Source: Eutreptiella sp. 'Long Island Sound 2002'
Lineage: Eukaryota; Protista; Euglenida
Length of the DNA: 64,000 nucleotides
Assembly (NCBI GenBank): GCA_964036045.1
Contig: OZ038378.1
Coordinates: forward strand, 164,734,001 to 164,798,000
Direction of reading: 5' to 3'
The notes beneath the pieces are model-generated. The model was not told the origin of the DNA, made no database searches, and worked only from the letters and a program-made list of their open reading frames with translations. Made by a program: the position numbers and the translations under genes. Positions 25,331 through 36,883 of the stretch are shown here, in pieces (position 1 is the first letter of the stretch; every line of letters begins with the position of its first letter).

Positions 25331-25465
25331 GATCTGTGACGGCGCCTAACGGTGCCTTGCTGGACAGTCAACACAATTTGTGTCGCAGCTCCGCCGCGTG
25401 ATACTTGAAGAGTGTGGGCATAGGTCTGTTGGTGGGGACCTATTGCTGGACTTTCCACTGTTCTA

Positions 25466-25797
25466 TGGCCAAGCAACGCCTATGTCCAAGCAACACCAGG
25501 CGTTGGTTCCCTCGATTTTTGCACCGTTGATTTTGGCGGTGCGTTTTGCAATTGGTTCTACTGTGTGCCATGTGTGCTTCCTGATACCTTGGTTTTGAGA
25601 AGCACGAAGTTCATATTTTGTGTCAGGGCAGCTCTGTTGGCCAAGAGGGCATTTGTAGCGTGTTTTACCTCTTGGTTCTCAGAAAAGTACATCATGTCTA
25701 CACGTGTATCAACCAAGTTGCGGAGCGTAAGCAACACCCTTGTCCAAGCAACACCAGGCGTTGGGACCGTCAATTTCTGGTCATTTACCGCTGCTTG
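25466..25797 (+). repeat. ~330-bp unit bounded by TGTCCAAGC hairpin motifs, copy 2
   Basis: Near-identical to 22573-22905; upstream flanks (~22310-22460 and ~25335-25480) are also homologous. Confidence 0.85.
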
Positions 25798-25867
25798 TAC
25801 GGGGGGGGGGGGGGGCTGGCGGGGTAGCACAGTTCCGCGATACTGTCCCCCCCCCCCCCTGTATAAG

Positions 25868-26300
25868 CTACGCCCTTGTCCAAGCTACAATAGGCGTAGG
25901 GACCGTATCAATTTGGTACTTAATTTTAATTCGGTACCAAATGTAGTGCAGCCACGAGGTGTGTGGGGAACAGCCCGTGTCTTTGATGGGAAGTTGTATT
26001 TTACCGTAGACCACATGCAAGGCAATTTCATTCCCAAGAACTTGAAGTTGCCTCAGCCCAAACCAGCCCCTAAACCTCAGGCAAAGACATCTTCAAAGGC
26101 ATCTTCAAATGGTGATCATGTGCAGTTGTTCCGCATGGTGTATGATCGCAAGAAGGGTTTCCTAGCCGAACATTTGTAGGCCTGTAATGCCTCATTGCTT
26201 GTGAAAACATGGGTGTGAACCTGAATTTCCATGTTTCAAACACTTTCTTGCGTTTACATGCCTTTGGGAACGTGGGCGGAGGTTAAGGTACACTCATACA
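25868..26300 (+). mobile_element. Unclassified element with double-hairpin end and a KP-rich/FRMVYDRKKGF coding remnant, copy 1
   Basis: Highly similar to 31318-31755; starts cgcccttgtccaagctacaataggcgtagggaccgt. Confidence 0.65.
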
Positions 26301-26435
26301 CCCCCCCCCCCCCGTGTCCAGGAACTACCTTGCGCAAGAACCAAACCCTGGTTCCGCGGTCGAATTCTCGCATCACTTTTTTTACCAGGGTAGTGGGTTT
26401 TTCATGTTTCTGGTGGATGTAGAACAGCTATTCAG

Positions 26436-26627
26436 GTGGACATCATGGATGATGATGCAGTCCCCAAGCATTTTAACGTCCCAGAACCCAAGCCTAAGCC
26501 TAAGCCGAAGCCAGCTCCAACAGCGACTGCAGCACCGAAGCCTGGCCCCAAGGGGCAGCACAGACAGGAATTCAGGATGGTGTATCACAGGAAGAAGGGT
26601 TTCATGTCTCAGCCAGTTGAACATTAG
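26436..26627 (+). pseudogene. Diverged paralog of the KP-rich/FRMVYxRKKGF peptide
   Basis: PKHFNVPEPKPKPKP...QEFRMVYHRKKGFMSQ versus PKNLKLPQPKPAPKP...QLFRMVYDRKKGFLAE. Confidence 0.55.
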
Positions 26628-28469
26628 ATCATCCCATGCACGTTGGAAGTCACACTACAGCCCAGTCAGCTGAGATTCACTCCTTTGGTGTTCATTTGTC
26701 AACATGGTTAACTGTGGGAAAGGAGAGGGCACGCATGTCCCGGCGCAACGCGCCGGAAATTTTTTTTTCTGCGGTACGGGGTTGCCCACCGCCGTGCGCA
26801 AGAACCAACCCCTGGTTCCGCGGTCACATTTTGGGGGAAAAGTGTGCGCAAGAACCGACACCTGGTTCCGCGGTCAAACATTGCCGGTTCCTGGACACGG
26901 GGGGGGGGTACCATGCACTCACCCACGTGTGTGTTGGTAGTTGTGTGTGTCGCGTGCAAGCCACGCCCGTGTCCAAGCTACAGTAGGCGTAGGGACCGTA
27001 TTAATTTGGTACTTTGGCGTAGCTTATACAGGGGGGGGGGGGGTACTAGTCGGGGCCTGGGGCCCCACGGCCACCCACGAAATGCAAGAGGTCTGCAGCA
27101 TCATGTCCACAGTCTGGGGTCTCCCTGTACTGTGCGACTGCACGGCTGAAGACGTCCGGATATGTATGCGTCACTGTATGTTCCCATCCCTCACAGTAAT
27201 GCGCTTTACGGTTCAAATCCGTGATACACACACCCCATTAGTGTATGCGCAACCATCTGGGGTCACGCAAACATGGTCCCTCAAGTAGATGGTCACCATC
27301 CAAAGCCCGCCCTCCTATGCATATAAACACATCTCGAGCATCATCGTAACATACATCCATTTTCTGGGTTCCTGGATATGGTGCCTGCTCAGCATCACAT
27401 CTTGTGCGCAGATTGCATGTCTATCAGGATACTCTTGGGCTACTGTTTTGCGCACGGTTGAACTCCGCAGTGCGCCGCATTGTCAGGCCAAGCCCCCAGG
27501 CTGTTGAGAGCACCCTCCTTTGGTGCTGACATGCCGTATGTTCTACCTTGTACTTGAGACACTATATTTTCCCGTCTGCATCGCTGGGTCCAGCACCATG
27601 CCGTGTTGTTGGGGGTTGCATATGCCTCTTGCCTCTTGGCATATGCCCCACGCTGGCCTCTTACCACATTTTATGCAGACTGGTGCTATGTCCCTGACGC
27701 CACTTTTGGGCCCGCTTACTCCCATCGCGTCAGGGCTTGGACCCCGGGGGAGGGGTCACCAGCATTTCCTGTATATGTGAGCTCATTGGTTAATTGATAG
27801 ACAAGTCTGGTGGCCACTGCATGGCGGTGGTTTGGGCTTACCGCTGCGTTGTCACTGCTTTGCTACCGTCAGCGTTCCAACCACTGGCATCTCTGCATCC
27901 CTTGTTTGTGACAGAAAGGTACCTGTTGTCTTCTAGGCCACTGACGAGCCATTTTCTTTCTGCGCTTTGTGCTGACTGCCCCTTGTGCACACGCGCAATT
28001 GCCCAGAGTTCCTTCAGGGGGCTTCACTTGGTCAACACCAAAATTTTGTTGCGGGTCATTGTGTTGTCTTGAAGGTCAGTGTGTTTTGAGCCGCTGCCAC
28101 TTGTATCGGCTGTACTCTGGCATGGCAAAATAAAGGGGCTGGATATTGGCAACAATGAGGACGATTCGGATTCAGAATAATCAGTGGCCACTCGAGCATT
28201 GCTCCGTCTTGTGCATCGTCCAGTTTGCAGCTCCGTTTACTCAACAATGTGACCATCTACCCCCCCTCCCCCCAACCCATACATTTCTGAAAAGGCCTTT
28301 TCTCACAGATTTCAAAAAGTATACACCCGCCCCCCCAAAAGGGACGAAAATTTGGCGCATTGGACCAAAAGTTCACAAAACCCAGGAAAAGTGCCAAACC
28401 CACCGTGTTGGTGCATATTGAATGTCCCCGAGAGATAGAGGTCAATAAGCATGTAAACATGCTACTTAA

Positions 28470-29693
28470 GGGAATGCCGTGCACGCAGTGCGCACACAGT
28501 GCGAAGTTTTGGATGTCGGCAAATACTCGAACCTTAGTTTCGGCCCCTTTTCACAAGTTTTTGGTTCCGTACCAGGGTTTTTTTTCAGCTTCCTATGCAT
28601 TTAGGATGTGGCGTATTTGAATTGTCAACCATTTTTGCCGATTTTCAACCAGTTCCCCCTATTTCCTCCCCCGCATGGGCGTTAGCGCACGGTGCGCGCC
28701 GGGCATCTTTGAGGGAGCGTTATTTTGTGCCTTCAACCTTCCGGTGCTATTGAGGAAACCGGGCCAATTATCCAATCCACGCTTTGTTGCGTGGCCAAGT
28801 GGGCTTTCCCTTGCTACTGAACAAAGCATTGAAGTGGGTTCAAGAATCATGGATCCGGGGTTTGTACAAGCCGGACTTTGTGGAAGAAGGGCATGTTTAG
28901 AGTGGGGATGTGGGCTTTCCCTTGCCACTGAACAAAGCATTGAAGTGGGGTCAACAAGCATGGATTTTGGGTTTTGTCCCAATTGGACTTTATGGAACAA
29001 GGATATGTTCAGAGTGGGCAAGTTGAAGGCAGTTTCGTTGTTCTCATGTGGCCTTTGCTGCTTCGCCGTGCTACGAGACAGGTGACAGGTATTCTTGGGT
29101 GAGTATCCTAGGGGGAACGTTAGCGCGCCGGGCGCGCGCCGGGCATCTTTTTGGACCCGTGCCCCACCGGTGACCTTTTAGGGGGTGCGCTAAGGGGCGC
29201 ACTTAGGACAATCTTTGAATCCACGCTTCGTTGCGTGCTGCATCATGGTGACCCCCGGCGTAGGTTTTGACTTCCGATTTTGTTCCCTTTGTTGGGGACC
29301 CCCGAGAATGCAGGGGTGATGTAGCATTTCCGCCCTCTTTTGGGCCCCAACCGTCCGGTGCTATTGAGGAAACCGGGACAATCTTTGAATCCACGCTTTG
29401 TTGCGTGGTGCATCATGGTGACCCCCGGCGTAGGTTTTGACTTCCGATTTTGTTCCCTTTGTTGGGGACCCCCGAGAATGCAGGGCACGCATTGAGCAGC
29501 TGTTTGCTCGGTTGTGGCATTGGGGTTTGGTTAGGAACATCTGAGGGAGGGTAAATGGGAGGGTAAATCTGGGGCTGAAGTCGGGATAGTTAATACAAAA
29601 GTAGCGCGCCGGGCGCGCGCCGGGCAAACATTCCCCCCTAGCCTCTGCGTGCGCAGTATGCACGCAGTGCGCACGCAGTGCAAGAACTTCCCC
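28470..29693. mobile_element. Non-autonomous TIR element (PIF/Harbinger-like) hosting a nested insertion
   Basis: ttaa|GGGAATGCCGTGCACGCAGTGC...CAGTGCAAGAACTTCCCC|ttaa; shares blocks with 20371-21098. Confidence 0.75.
29111..29637 (+). mobile_element. PIF/Harbinger deletion derivative, CTA TSD
   Basis: TIR GGGGGAACGTTAGCGCGCCGGGC / GCCGGGCAAACATTCCCCC; CTA at 29108-29110 and 29638-29640; empty site in the paralog at ~21030; transposase remnant RIEQLFARLWHWGLVRNI at ~29490. Confidence 0.9.
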
Positions 29694-29824
29694 TTAAGGA
29701 GCGCCAAACCATGCCTTGGTTAGGATCAGGAGAGAAACACGAAACAGGAGCCAAAACAGTGGAGAGAGGGAGTAAAGGGGGAACGTTAGCGCGCCGGGCG
29801 CGCGCAGGGCATCTTTTGTGACCC

Positions 29825-30130
29825 GTGCCCTACCCGTGGATTGTTGCCGTTGATATGTTGGGCAACATTATATGGATTTGCCCCTTGGCCCCCGGGACAT
29901 CAGCAGATGTTTTGATTTGGGATGGGTATGGACCTTCTCGTACCCGAGGTGATTTCTTTGATTTCGAAGTTGGGGGCCATGATGGTGCTTATAAGGGCTG
30001 GATTCATGTCATTGTGCCATTCATTGGAAGAAAGAATGGCACTTTGACAGCCCGCCAACAATGTTACAATGACGTGCACGTGTGGTATAGGGCACGCATT
30101 GAGCAGCTGTTTGCTCGGTTGTGGCACGCA
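29825..30130 (+). pseudogene. PIF/Harbinger (DDE_Tnp_4-type) transposase C-terminal fragment
   Basis: GHDGAYKG..VIVPFIG..LTARQQCYNDVH..YRARIEQLFARL, matching the D-x-x-Y...YN..H..R..IE..F signature. Confidence 0.85.
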
Positions 30131-30149
30131 AGATGAGGCAGAGGATGAG

Positions 30150-30255
30150 GCAGAAGTGTGTGTGTTGTGTTGCCAGAACGCTCCACCGCCGCATTTTGTG
30201 ATGAGTGTAAGGAGCACTATTGTACTGAATGTATTGACACCCACACTTGTGGGAC
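30150..30255 (+). pseudogene. B-box-like zinc finger fragment
   Basis: CVLC..(frameshift)..HFCDECKEHYCTECIDTH. Confidence 0.55.
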
Positions 30256-30261
30256 CAATGT

Positions 30262-30415
30262 TATGATGCAGCTCTACTGTTCGCGATACCTCAATAACGC
30301 CTATCGCTTCTACTGGAGATCAATGCGGTTGTGCTATCCTAACCCCGCATTCTCCCAACTTGCTAAGGTGTTGACCAAGATCGCCCTTAAAGGAGCGAGA
30401 GTGGTACTGTGTACC
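30262..30415 (+). pseudogene. N6-adenine DNA methyltransferase fragment (Dam-like, DIRS-associated type)
   Basis: YCSRYLNNAYRFYW..LCYPNPAFSQLAKVLTKIALKGARVVLCT resembles DA..W..YANPPFS.+..VL.KI..E.A.V+L. Confidence 0.7.
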
Positions 30416-31317
30416 CTAGTTTGCAACTTTCTTGAGCTGGGGCAATTTGGGTCACCTAATTCTAAGGGCGTTTCCAAGGGGTGTGCTTGGGGGCTCTTCG
30501 GGGGGAACATAGTCTAAAAGTAGCGCGCCGGGCGCGCGCCGGGCAAACATTCCCCCAAACACAACCGTCAGGACCCCTGGGGTTCTAGTACGGCCAGACG
30601 CCTCAAGTAGTCGCACTGCGCACGCAGTGCGCTTAAATTCCCCCTAAAAGGGCAGCGGAGGGTGTGCGGAAGTCCGCTGCGTTGTTCCACAAAGGCTGGT
30701 AGGTCGATTGCCATGCCTTTTGGTATGACATGCTTGTTGGTCCAGGTCAGTTCTGGGGGACAGTGTGTGTGTGGGGCGGGGGGTGGGGCTCTGATAGTGA
30801 GAGTGGAACATCTGCCCCACTGCACTGGTCCACTTTTGGTAACCCCCACCCCACCCCCCCACTAGTGATACCACAGGCAAAATGCCTGGAAATGCGGTGC
30901 ACCTTTGATGCATAACACTTGGGAGTCCGGAACCCCCTGGTCCTGAGTCGCAAGTTGGCGTATTTGCGAGCTCCACTTGCCAATACATTAAAAGAATCGG
31001 GATGCAACATTTCATTGCTCGCTGATACAACAGAAGACCCTTGTTCCGCCCGCAGAGCGGGTGTGGCATGGATGCAATCACTACACATTGCCACCCCGTG
31101 CTGTTTGTTCTGATGTGAATTTCAACCATGGTTAACAATGTTATTCCCAGCATGGCTGTCACGTAGGTTCAGAGCACTGGGGAACATGCGTCTGCCACTA
31201 TTGGTCCCTATCGTCACGGGACCCCGCCCCCCTCTTGCACAAGCACCGCCTTGTCTAAGCACCAGGACCCGGTCGGACCGTCACTTTTGCCCCCCCCCCC
31301 CCCCCCTTTGTAACAGC

Positions 31318-31755
31318 CACGCCCTTGTCCAAGCTACAGTAGGCGTAGGGACCGTATTAATTTGGTACCTAATTTTGATTTGGTACCAAATGTAGTGCAG
31401 CCACATAAGACATGGGTTTGGTGACGAATTTGCCAGTTACATAGGGTTGTGAGTGTACTTTACAAGACCACATGCCAGGCAATTTCATACCCAAGAACTT
31501 GAAGTTGCCTGAGCCCAAACCAGCCCCTAAACCTCTGGCAAAGGCATCTTCAAAGGCATCTTCCAAGTGGTGAGCATGTGCAGTTGTTCCGCATGGTGTA
31601 TGATCGCAAGAAGGGTTTCCTAGCCGAACATTTGTAGGCTTGTAATGCCTCATTGCTTGTGAAAACATGGGTGTGAACCTGAATTTCCATGTTTCAAACA
31701 CTTTCTTGCGTTTACATGCCTTTGGGAACGTGGGCGGAGGTTGAGGTGCACTCAT
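31318..31755 (+). mobile_element. Unclassified double-hairpin element, copy 2
   Basis: Paralog of 25868-26300, with the same FRMVYDRKKGF peptide at ~31470-31640. Confidence 0.65.
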
Positions 31756-32669
31756 ACCATGCACTCACCCACGTGTGTGTTGGTAGTTGTATGTGTTCTG
31801 CGCAAGCCACGCCCTTGTCTAAGCTACAGTAGGCGTAGGGACCGTATTAATTTGGTACTTTTACGTGGCTATTTCCGTAGCAAAGGGGTGTGGCTGGGGG
31901 GACTGAATCTTCTGACCACAGCTTTTACGGTCAGAAAGTAGGCAAAGCGTGATTGTGTGCCGATTGTAGAGGGAAAGAGGGGCTATTTCATGCTTGTGAT
32001 ACGTCCTCTTGTTCATAATAACATTTTGCTTGGTACTGCACCCCACTGCTCGTTGTTTGGGTGTGATTTTCAGCCATGACTAATGTCGTTACCCCTGGCT
32101 TGGCTGTCACGTACATCCGGTCCACCGGCGAGCATGCGCCTGCCACTATCATCATTCGTTCTACTCGTGGGGAAGATTCCACAACCGAGGAATTACAACT
32201 TGGGAGCGCCCAGAATTGCCCCCATACCCCACAGCCCCGCCAAAACCGCCCTGTTGCGACTATTGTTCTTAAGGTGAGGTATGGGCAGGTTTTTGAGACA
32301 TGCTTTCTTTTGGTACCGCGCGTCGTGTGGTTGCACCGCCTTGTCTAAGCACCAGGACCGCGTGTGCTAGACACGAGAACATTGATTTCCTGCCGGTGGG
32401 ATACCGGGGGTGACGGCCATTGTCGGATTATGGCTAAGCACCAGGACCCGGTCTGACCATCACTTTCTCGACCTGGCTAGTGCTTGCACAAGGGGGGGGG
32501 GGCGTCCATTTGAAGCCCAGCCTAATGCAAAAATGCAAATTTGCACCCCTATTTTAGCATACACAAAAAACCACCTGTCACGCTTTTTTCCGCTAAAACG
32601 ATAGGGGGCACTATGGGCCTCCTAATTCATGGTCTCCCACTTTCGAGGGTTCCCCCCCCCCCCCCCCCC

Positions 32670-33120
32670 GGGACCTCCCTTATAGATGGCTCATCAGAGC
32701 GCTTCGAGGGGCTTGGTTATGTGGGGGGCTATGGGGTCTTTTCAACCCTCCCAGTTTCGCTGTCTGCCCCAGTGCCGCTGCACATGAAACAAACTATTAA
32801 CGCGGCAGAACTCCTGGCGGCACTGCAGGCCCTACGGCTGCATGCCGATGAGCCTAAGATTGCCATCTGCACGGATTCTGAGTATGTCCTTAAAGGGGCG
32901 CAGGGAGCGGCGCGCCGGTGGCAGGCGAGAGGTTGGGTGGGATCGGCGGGACCTGTGTCAAATATCCCTCTCTGGAAAGAGCTACTGCAGCTTTTGGATT
33001 CCACTTTTCAAGATATTCTGTGGGTGAAAGTTCCCTCCCACGTGAATGTGGAAGGTAACGAGCAGGCCGACACCCTGGCTAACAATGGTAGACTCAGCAA
33101 CCCCCTGTACCCAGCTCGGA
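32670..33120 (+). pseudogene. RNase HI domain (retroelement-type, largely intact)
   Basis: LIDGSS...QTINAAELLAA...ICTDSEYV...WQARGW...LWKELL...WVKVPSHVNVEGNEQADTLA, with all four catalytic acidic residues (D/E/D/D); no convincing start or splice context; frameshifted low-complexity tail to ~33615. Confidence 0.85.
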
Positions 33121-34010
33121 AGACCCCCAGGGTCCAAGCGGCAGGGCAACGCGCCAAACGGGCACGCCAGGTAGCGGCTCGGAGTCCCCCCCCCCCCCCC
33201 CCGGGGTGTGTCCCCCCCGCGCCCAATCGTACTGAATTTTGAGCAGTGTATTGCTTCACCAGGACCAAGAGAGGAAACCCCGGATTTCCCTTCGGATCAG
33301 GGGCATGAGAGTGATGTGTGGCTGCAATTGGGTTTAGTTGAGATGCCAGACAGCCCGAGGAGCGAGGAGTCTACGCACAGCCACCTGTCGAGTGTTCCCA
33401 CAGTCACCAATCACTCGGAAGGGCCGGGGACCCCCACAACCCCATTTTGTGACAGGATCACGCATACAAGGGGGGGGAGGCGCAGCCCTTCAACGTCCTG
33501 CAGCGAGCACGGATCCACAGAGACCCAAACCCCCCCACCGGCGCCTGACACCGCATACAACGGGGACGGGAATCGGAGCCCCTCGACCTCATGCAGTGAA
33601 CGGGGTTTTTCCTAGGGCACTCTGCTTTTGGGTTGTTGTGACGCTGGGCACCATACTTGGTTTTGTTCATTGTGATGCCCTATTTGTTCTGACACGACAG
33701 GTGCCCTATGTGTTTGGCGCTGGCACACGAAGGTTATATGTTATGCTATCAGGCTTGGCAGCTGCCGCCTGCTCCCAGTGTGCACCCGCTTCCAGGAAGC
33801 GGCATGTCGGATGCTCGTGTACATATCAGGCTGTGTCTTAACGACTGGATGTAGCATAGCAGTTGATTGTGGACAACACCTGGAACATTGGCTGGAATTG
33901 CCTGGGCGGGGGCATCCAGTATCTGTGACCGACCATGATTGAGCCCCCCTCCCTAGCCCCCGGGCAACCATCCCCCCCCCCCCGCCTCCTCCTTGATGGT
34001 GCAACATCAG

Positions 34011-34395
34011 GACGCCTTTGCGCCCCCAGAGCACAGACATGACACATCATTACGTGTTAGAAAGTCAGAGCACGACAGGGGCAGGGCCCGCGGGAGGGTG
34101 GTGGGTGCGAGCTGACCTGGATATGTGGGCGGCCAGCGCACACACACAAACCGCTTGGAGTGATACTGAACAGGTAAGCGCAGCAGTACAACAAAGCCCC
34201 TGTTGAAGCGTTATGCTGAACAGTCTGATGGTGAAACATTGGGACGCCTTTGCGCCCCCAGAGCTCGGATATGACACGTCTTCACGTGCCAGAGAGCAAG
34301 AGTAAGACAAGGGCAACAAGAGCAAGACCCGCAGAGCAAGGGTTAGAGACTAACTGGCACTGTGGGAGGGTGGTGGGTGCGAGCTGACCTTAATG
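34011..34395. repeat. Imperfect tandem duplication (~230-270 bp period)
   Basis: ggacgcctttgcgcccccagagc at ~34011 and ~34242; gggagggtggtgggtgcgagctgacct at ~34092 and ~34364. Confidence 0.65.
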
Positions 34396-35870
34396 TACAG
34401 ATGGCCAAGGCCAAAACACAGTCAGCAGCCACCTGGAGTGGTTCAGAACTGGTCTGCGCTGCAGTGCAGCGAGGAAAAACACTGAACTATGTGGTGATGA
34501 CCATGCGCCTGTGACACGGGGGCGTATGCGAGCCCAGTATCTGTTGCCTCATGGCCCACCTCCTCCTTGCGCAAGCATGGCCACATTCCCAACAGTCAGG
34601 TCAAAACGGCGGTTCAACGCCCACCCCGTGCTTAAACAAGGCCGTGCATGCGCGCAACACCGGTGGCAACAAAGCACACGCGGGCCTCGAACCTTACACA
34701 AAGCATGGTACAATTCACGAGCAACTCTCCAAATATTCTGCTTGTCCTTATTCACTGTTGGTGGTATCGGGTGGATCGGGTGCAGAGCCCAGACTAGTTG
34801 TCTAAGTCATTTTGGGCCCCCATATTGCATATTTTAGATTGTTGGGCTCTGTAGAGCCCAGGCTACATGTCATTCCATATGTGCCAACACCCATGGCAAC
34901 ATTTGGCCCATGCATACAGTGGTCGAGTGGCCGCACGACATGGAGCTGGGTGAAATGGTATACCTTTCCCACTACCGTAACATAGTTAGCCTACACGTCA
35001 TCTTAGATCCGTTCAGCATGAACAGGAATCAAGGATACAATCCCTTCATACATGACTTTTGGGCAATAATGAAAGGCATGTGCTGTGATAGGCACCGTAG
35101 CATCCAAGTGAAAATGCCAAACGCACACCAATCAACTGCATTGGTAGGCATTCAGTTAGTGCCCCGGTGCCCCTGCCTCGTAATGTGATACCCCCAAGGA
35201 CTTGCCTCCTGCCACCCCCTCGGCGCACTTCCCTGCCGCCCACTGCCGCTACTTTAGACGATCATCACACCCCGAGGTACTCCTTGTTGCCACACGTGCA
35301 TTTTGCATCATCACGAGGTGCCACTCGATCTGCGTCCCTACTACCATCTACTGTCCTAGTAAAGAGAGATGGTCAGTATCGGTCACGGTGGTCATTGCTC
35401 CTTGACATGCCACCGACAAAATACCGGGAAACTATGTATCTTTTGCAAGCATTAAGTGTTTGGCCTAATTCCCATATGTATGTTATGCACCCCACAATCC
35501 CACTTTTTGGGACTCTAGGTTCTGCAAAGCCGAGCCTGCACAAAATGCTACTTTCAATCCTTCTCAGTCCCTTCTTCGTAGTACAAGTTTTTGCCCATGT
35601 CCCCTACATCTATTACACGTCTCGCCATTACCAATTTCCAAATGCTGGGCTCTGTAGAGCCCAGCCTTATCAACAAGCCTACTTTCATGTCTTATGTGCC
35701 CATTGTTCACAGTGAAAGTCCGTACTTCTTACATCTCACTTCTGAATTTAGCCTCCACTATGTACAATATGTGCTAGTCCACACCCTATTGCTGATGGCC
35801 TGTTACTTGATGGGTCAGTGTTTTGGTTACTGCCTTTTCGTGTTGTACCACTTGGACTGTCTTTTTACAA

Positions 35871-36018
35871 TGGGCCGGCGGCCGCTTATAACACATCCGC
35901 GGGCAAAAAGTGACACACAAAATGTGTTCGCCCGGGCCGGCGGCCGCTTACCGCGTGTCCACGTGCAAAAAGTGACGCGCAAAAATGTGTTTGCCGGGGC
36001 CGGCGGCCGCTTATAATA
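35871..36018. repeat. ~62-bp tandem repeat with GGCCGGCGGCCGCTTA core, 3 cores
   Basis: Three cores with similar aaaaagtgac..caaaa(a)tgtgtt spacers. Confidence 0.85.
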
Positions 36019-36883
36019 AGAAGGTATTGCTGCCAAAACCTGACTCCTGCTGCCAAAGGATCGATCGGTGCACTCTTAATTCGAAGTGTGTGTTTGGATC
36101 TAGACACCCGAGAGCAAAAACCTTGTGTTGTGCCCATGAAGTCTACCAAAGTGTTTGTAACTAGGCAACAAGTGTCCGGAATATCACACTTCGGTTGATC
36201 CTGGGCTGCAGCTAGTGGTATAACACTCAATATTTGCCTGTGCAGGTTCCTCGGTACTTTGCTTTCTCTCGTGGACCAATGGTGCACGAGCTGTGCACAG
36301 TGGTTGTTGGTTTCATTATGCACCACTTGGCACAGATGCATTACCCACGGAAGCAAGCACCCCGTGGTTCCTAGTTATCAGTAGTTCTGTGCAGCTGGCT
36401 TGCAGTCTGGCAGTGCGAATGCCTGTGCCTATAAGTGTTGTCTTGGGTTTGCTGACTGAGCAAGAGTCGGTGGAAGACGCTGGTCCCCAAGTTTGCAGCA
36501 ATTTGCGGATCGCTAATGGGTTGAACCCAGTTTCCTGGTCTATTGTGTTTGAAAACTTCGAGAATTGGTGTCCGGTGGACTTGTGGACTGTATCTGTGTG
36601 CCTCAGAAGGCAGAGGCGGAGCAAGAGTCTGATGACAACGTGGAAATGGTGGGTTCTATCCCTGAGGACGCTGTGTATGGTACCCCCGAAGCAGGTAGCA
36701 ACCCCTCGCAAAAAAGGTGGCTGTACGTCCAAGGGAGACACAGCCAAGGCCTCCCAGTCCCAGTTCAGTGCGGACGTTGAGGCAACAACGACCTCTACTG
36801 AGACCCCTGCTTCCAAGAAGGCCAAGATTGGTTTCCAGGCATGGAAAGACCGGTTCAATGGCACTAAAAAGAACTCGTCTACA

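Larger units (their letters stand above)
29777..30556 (+). mobile_element. PIF/Harbinger deletion derivative, AAA TSD, with cargo
   Basis: Same TIRs as 29111-29637; AAA on both sides; contains transposase, B-box-like and methyltransferase-like fragments. Confidence 0.9.
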
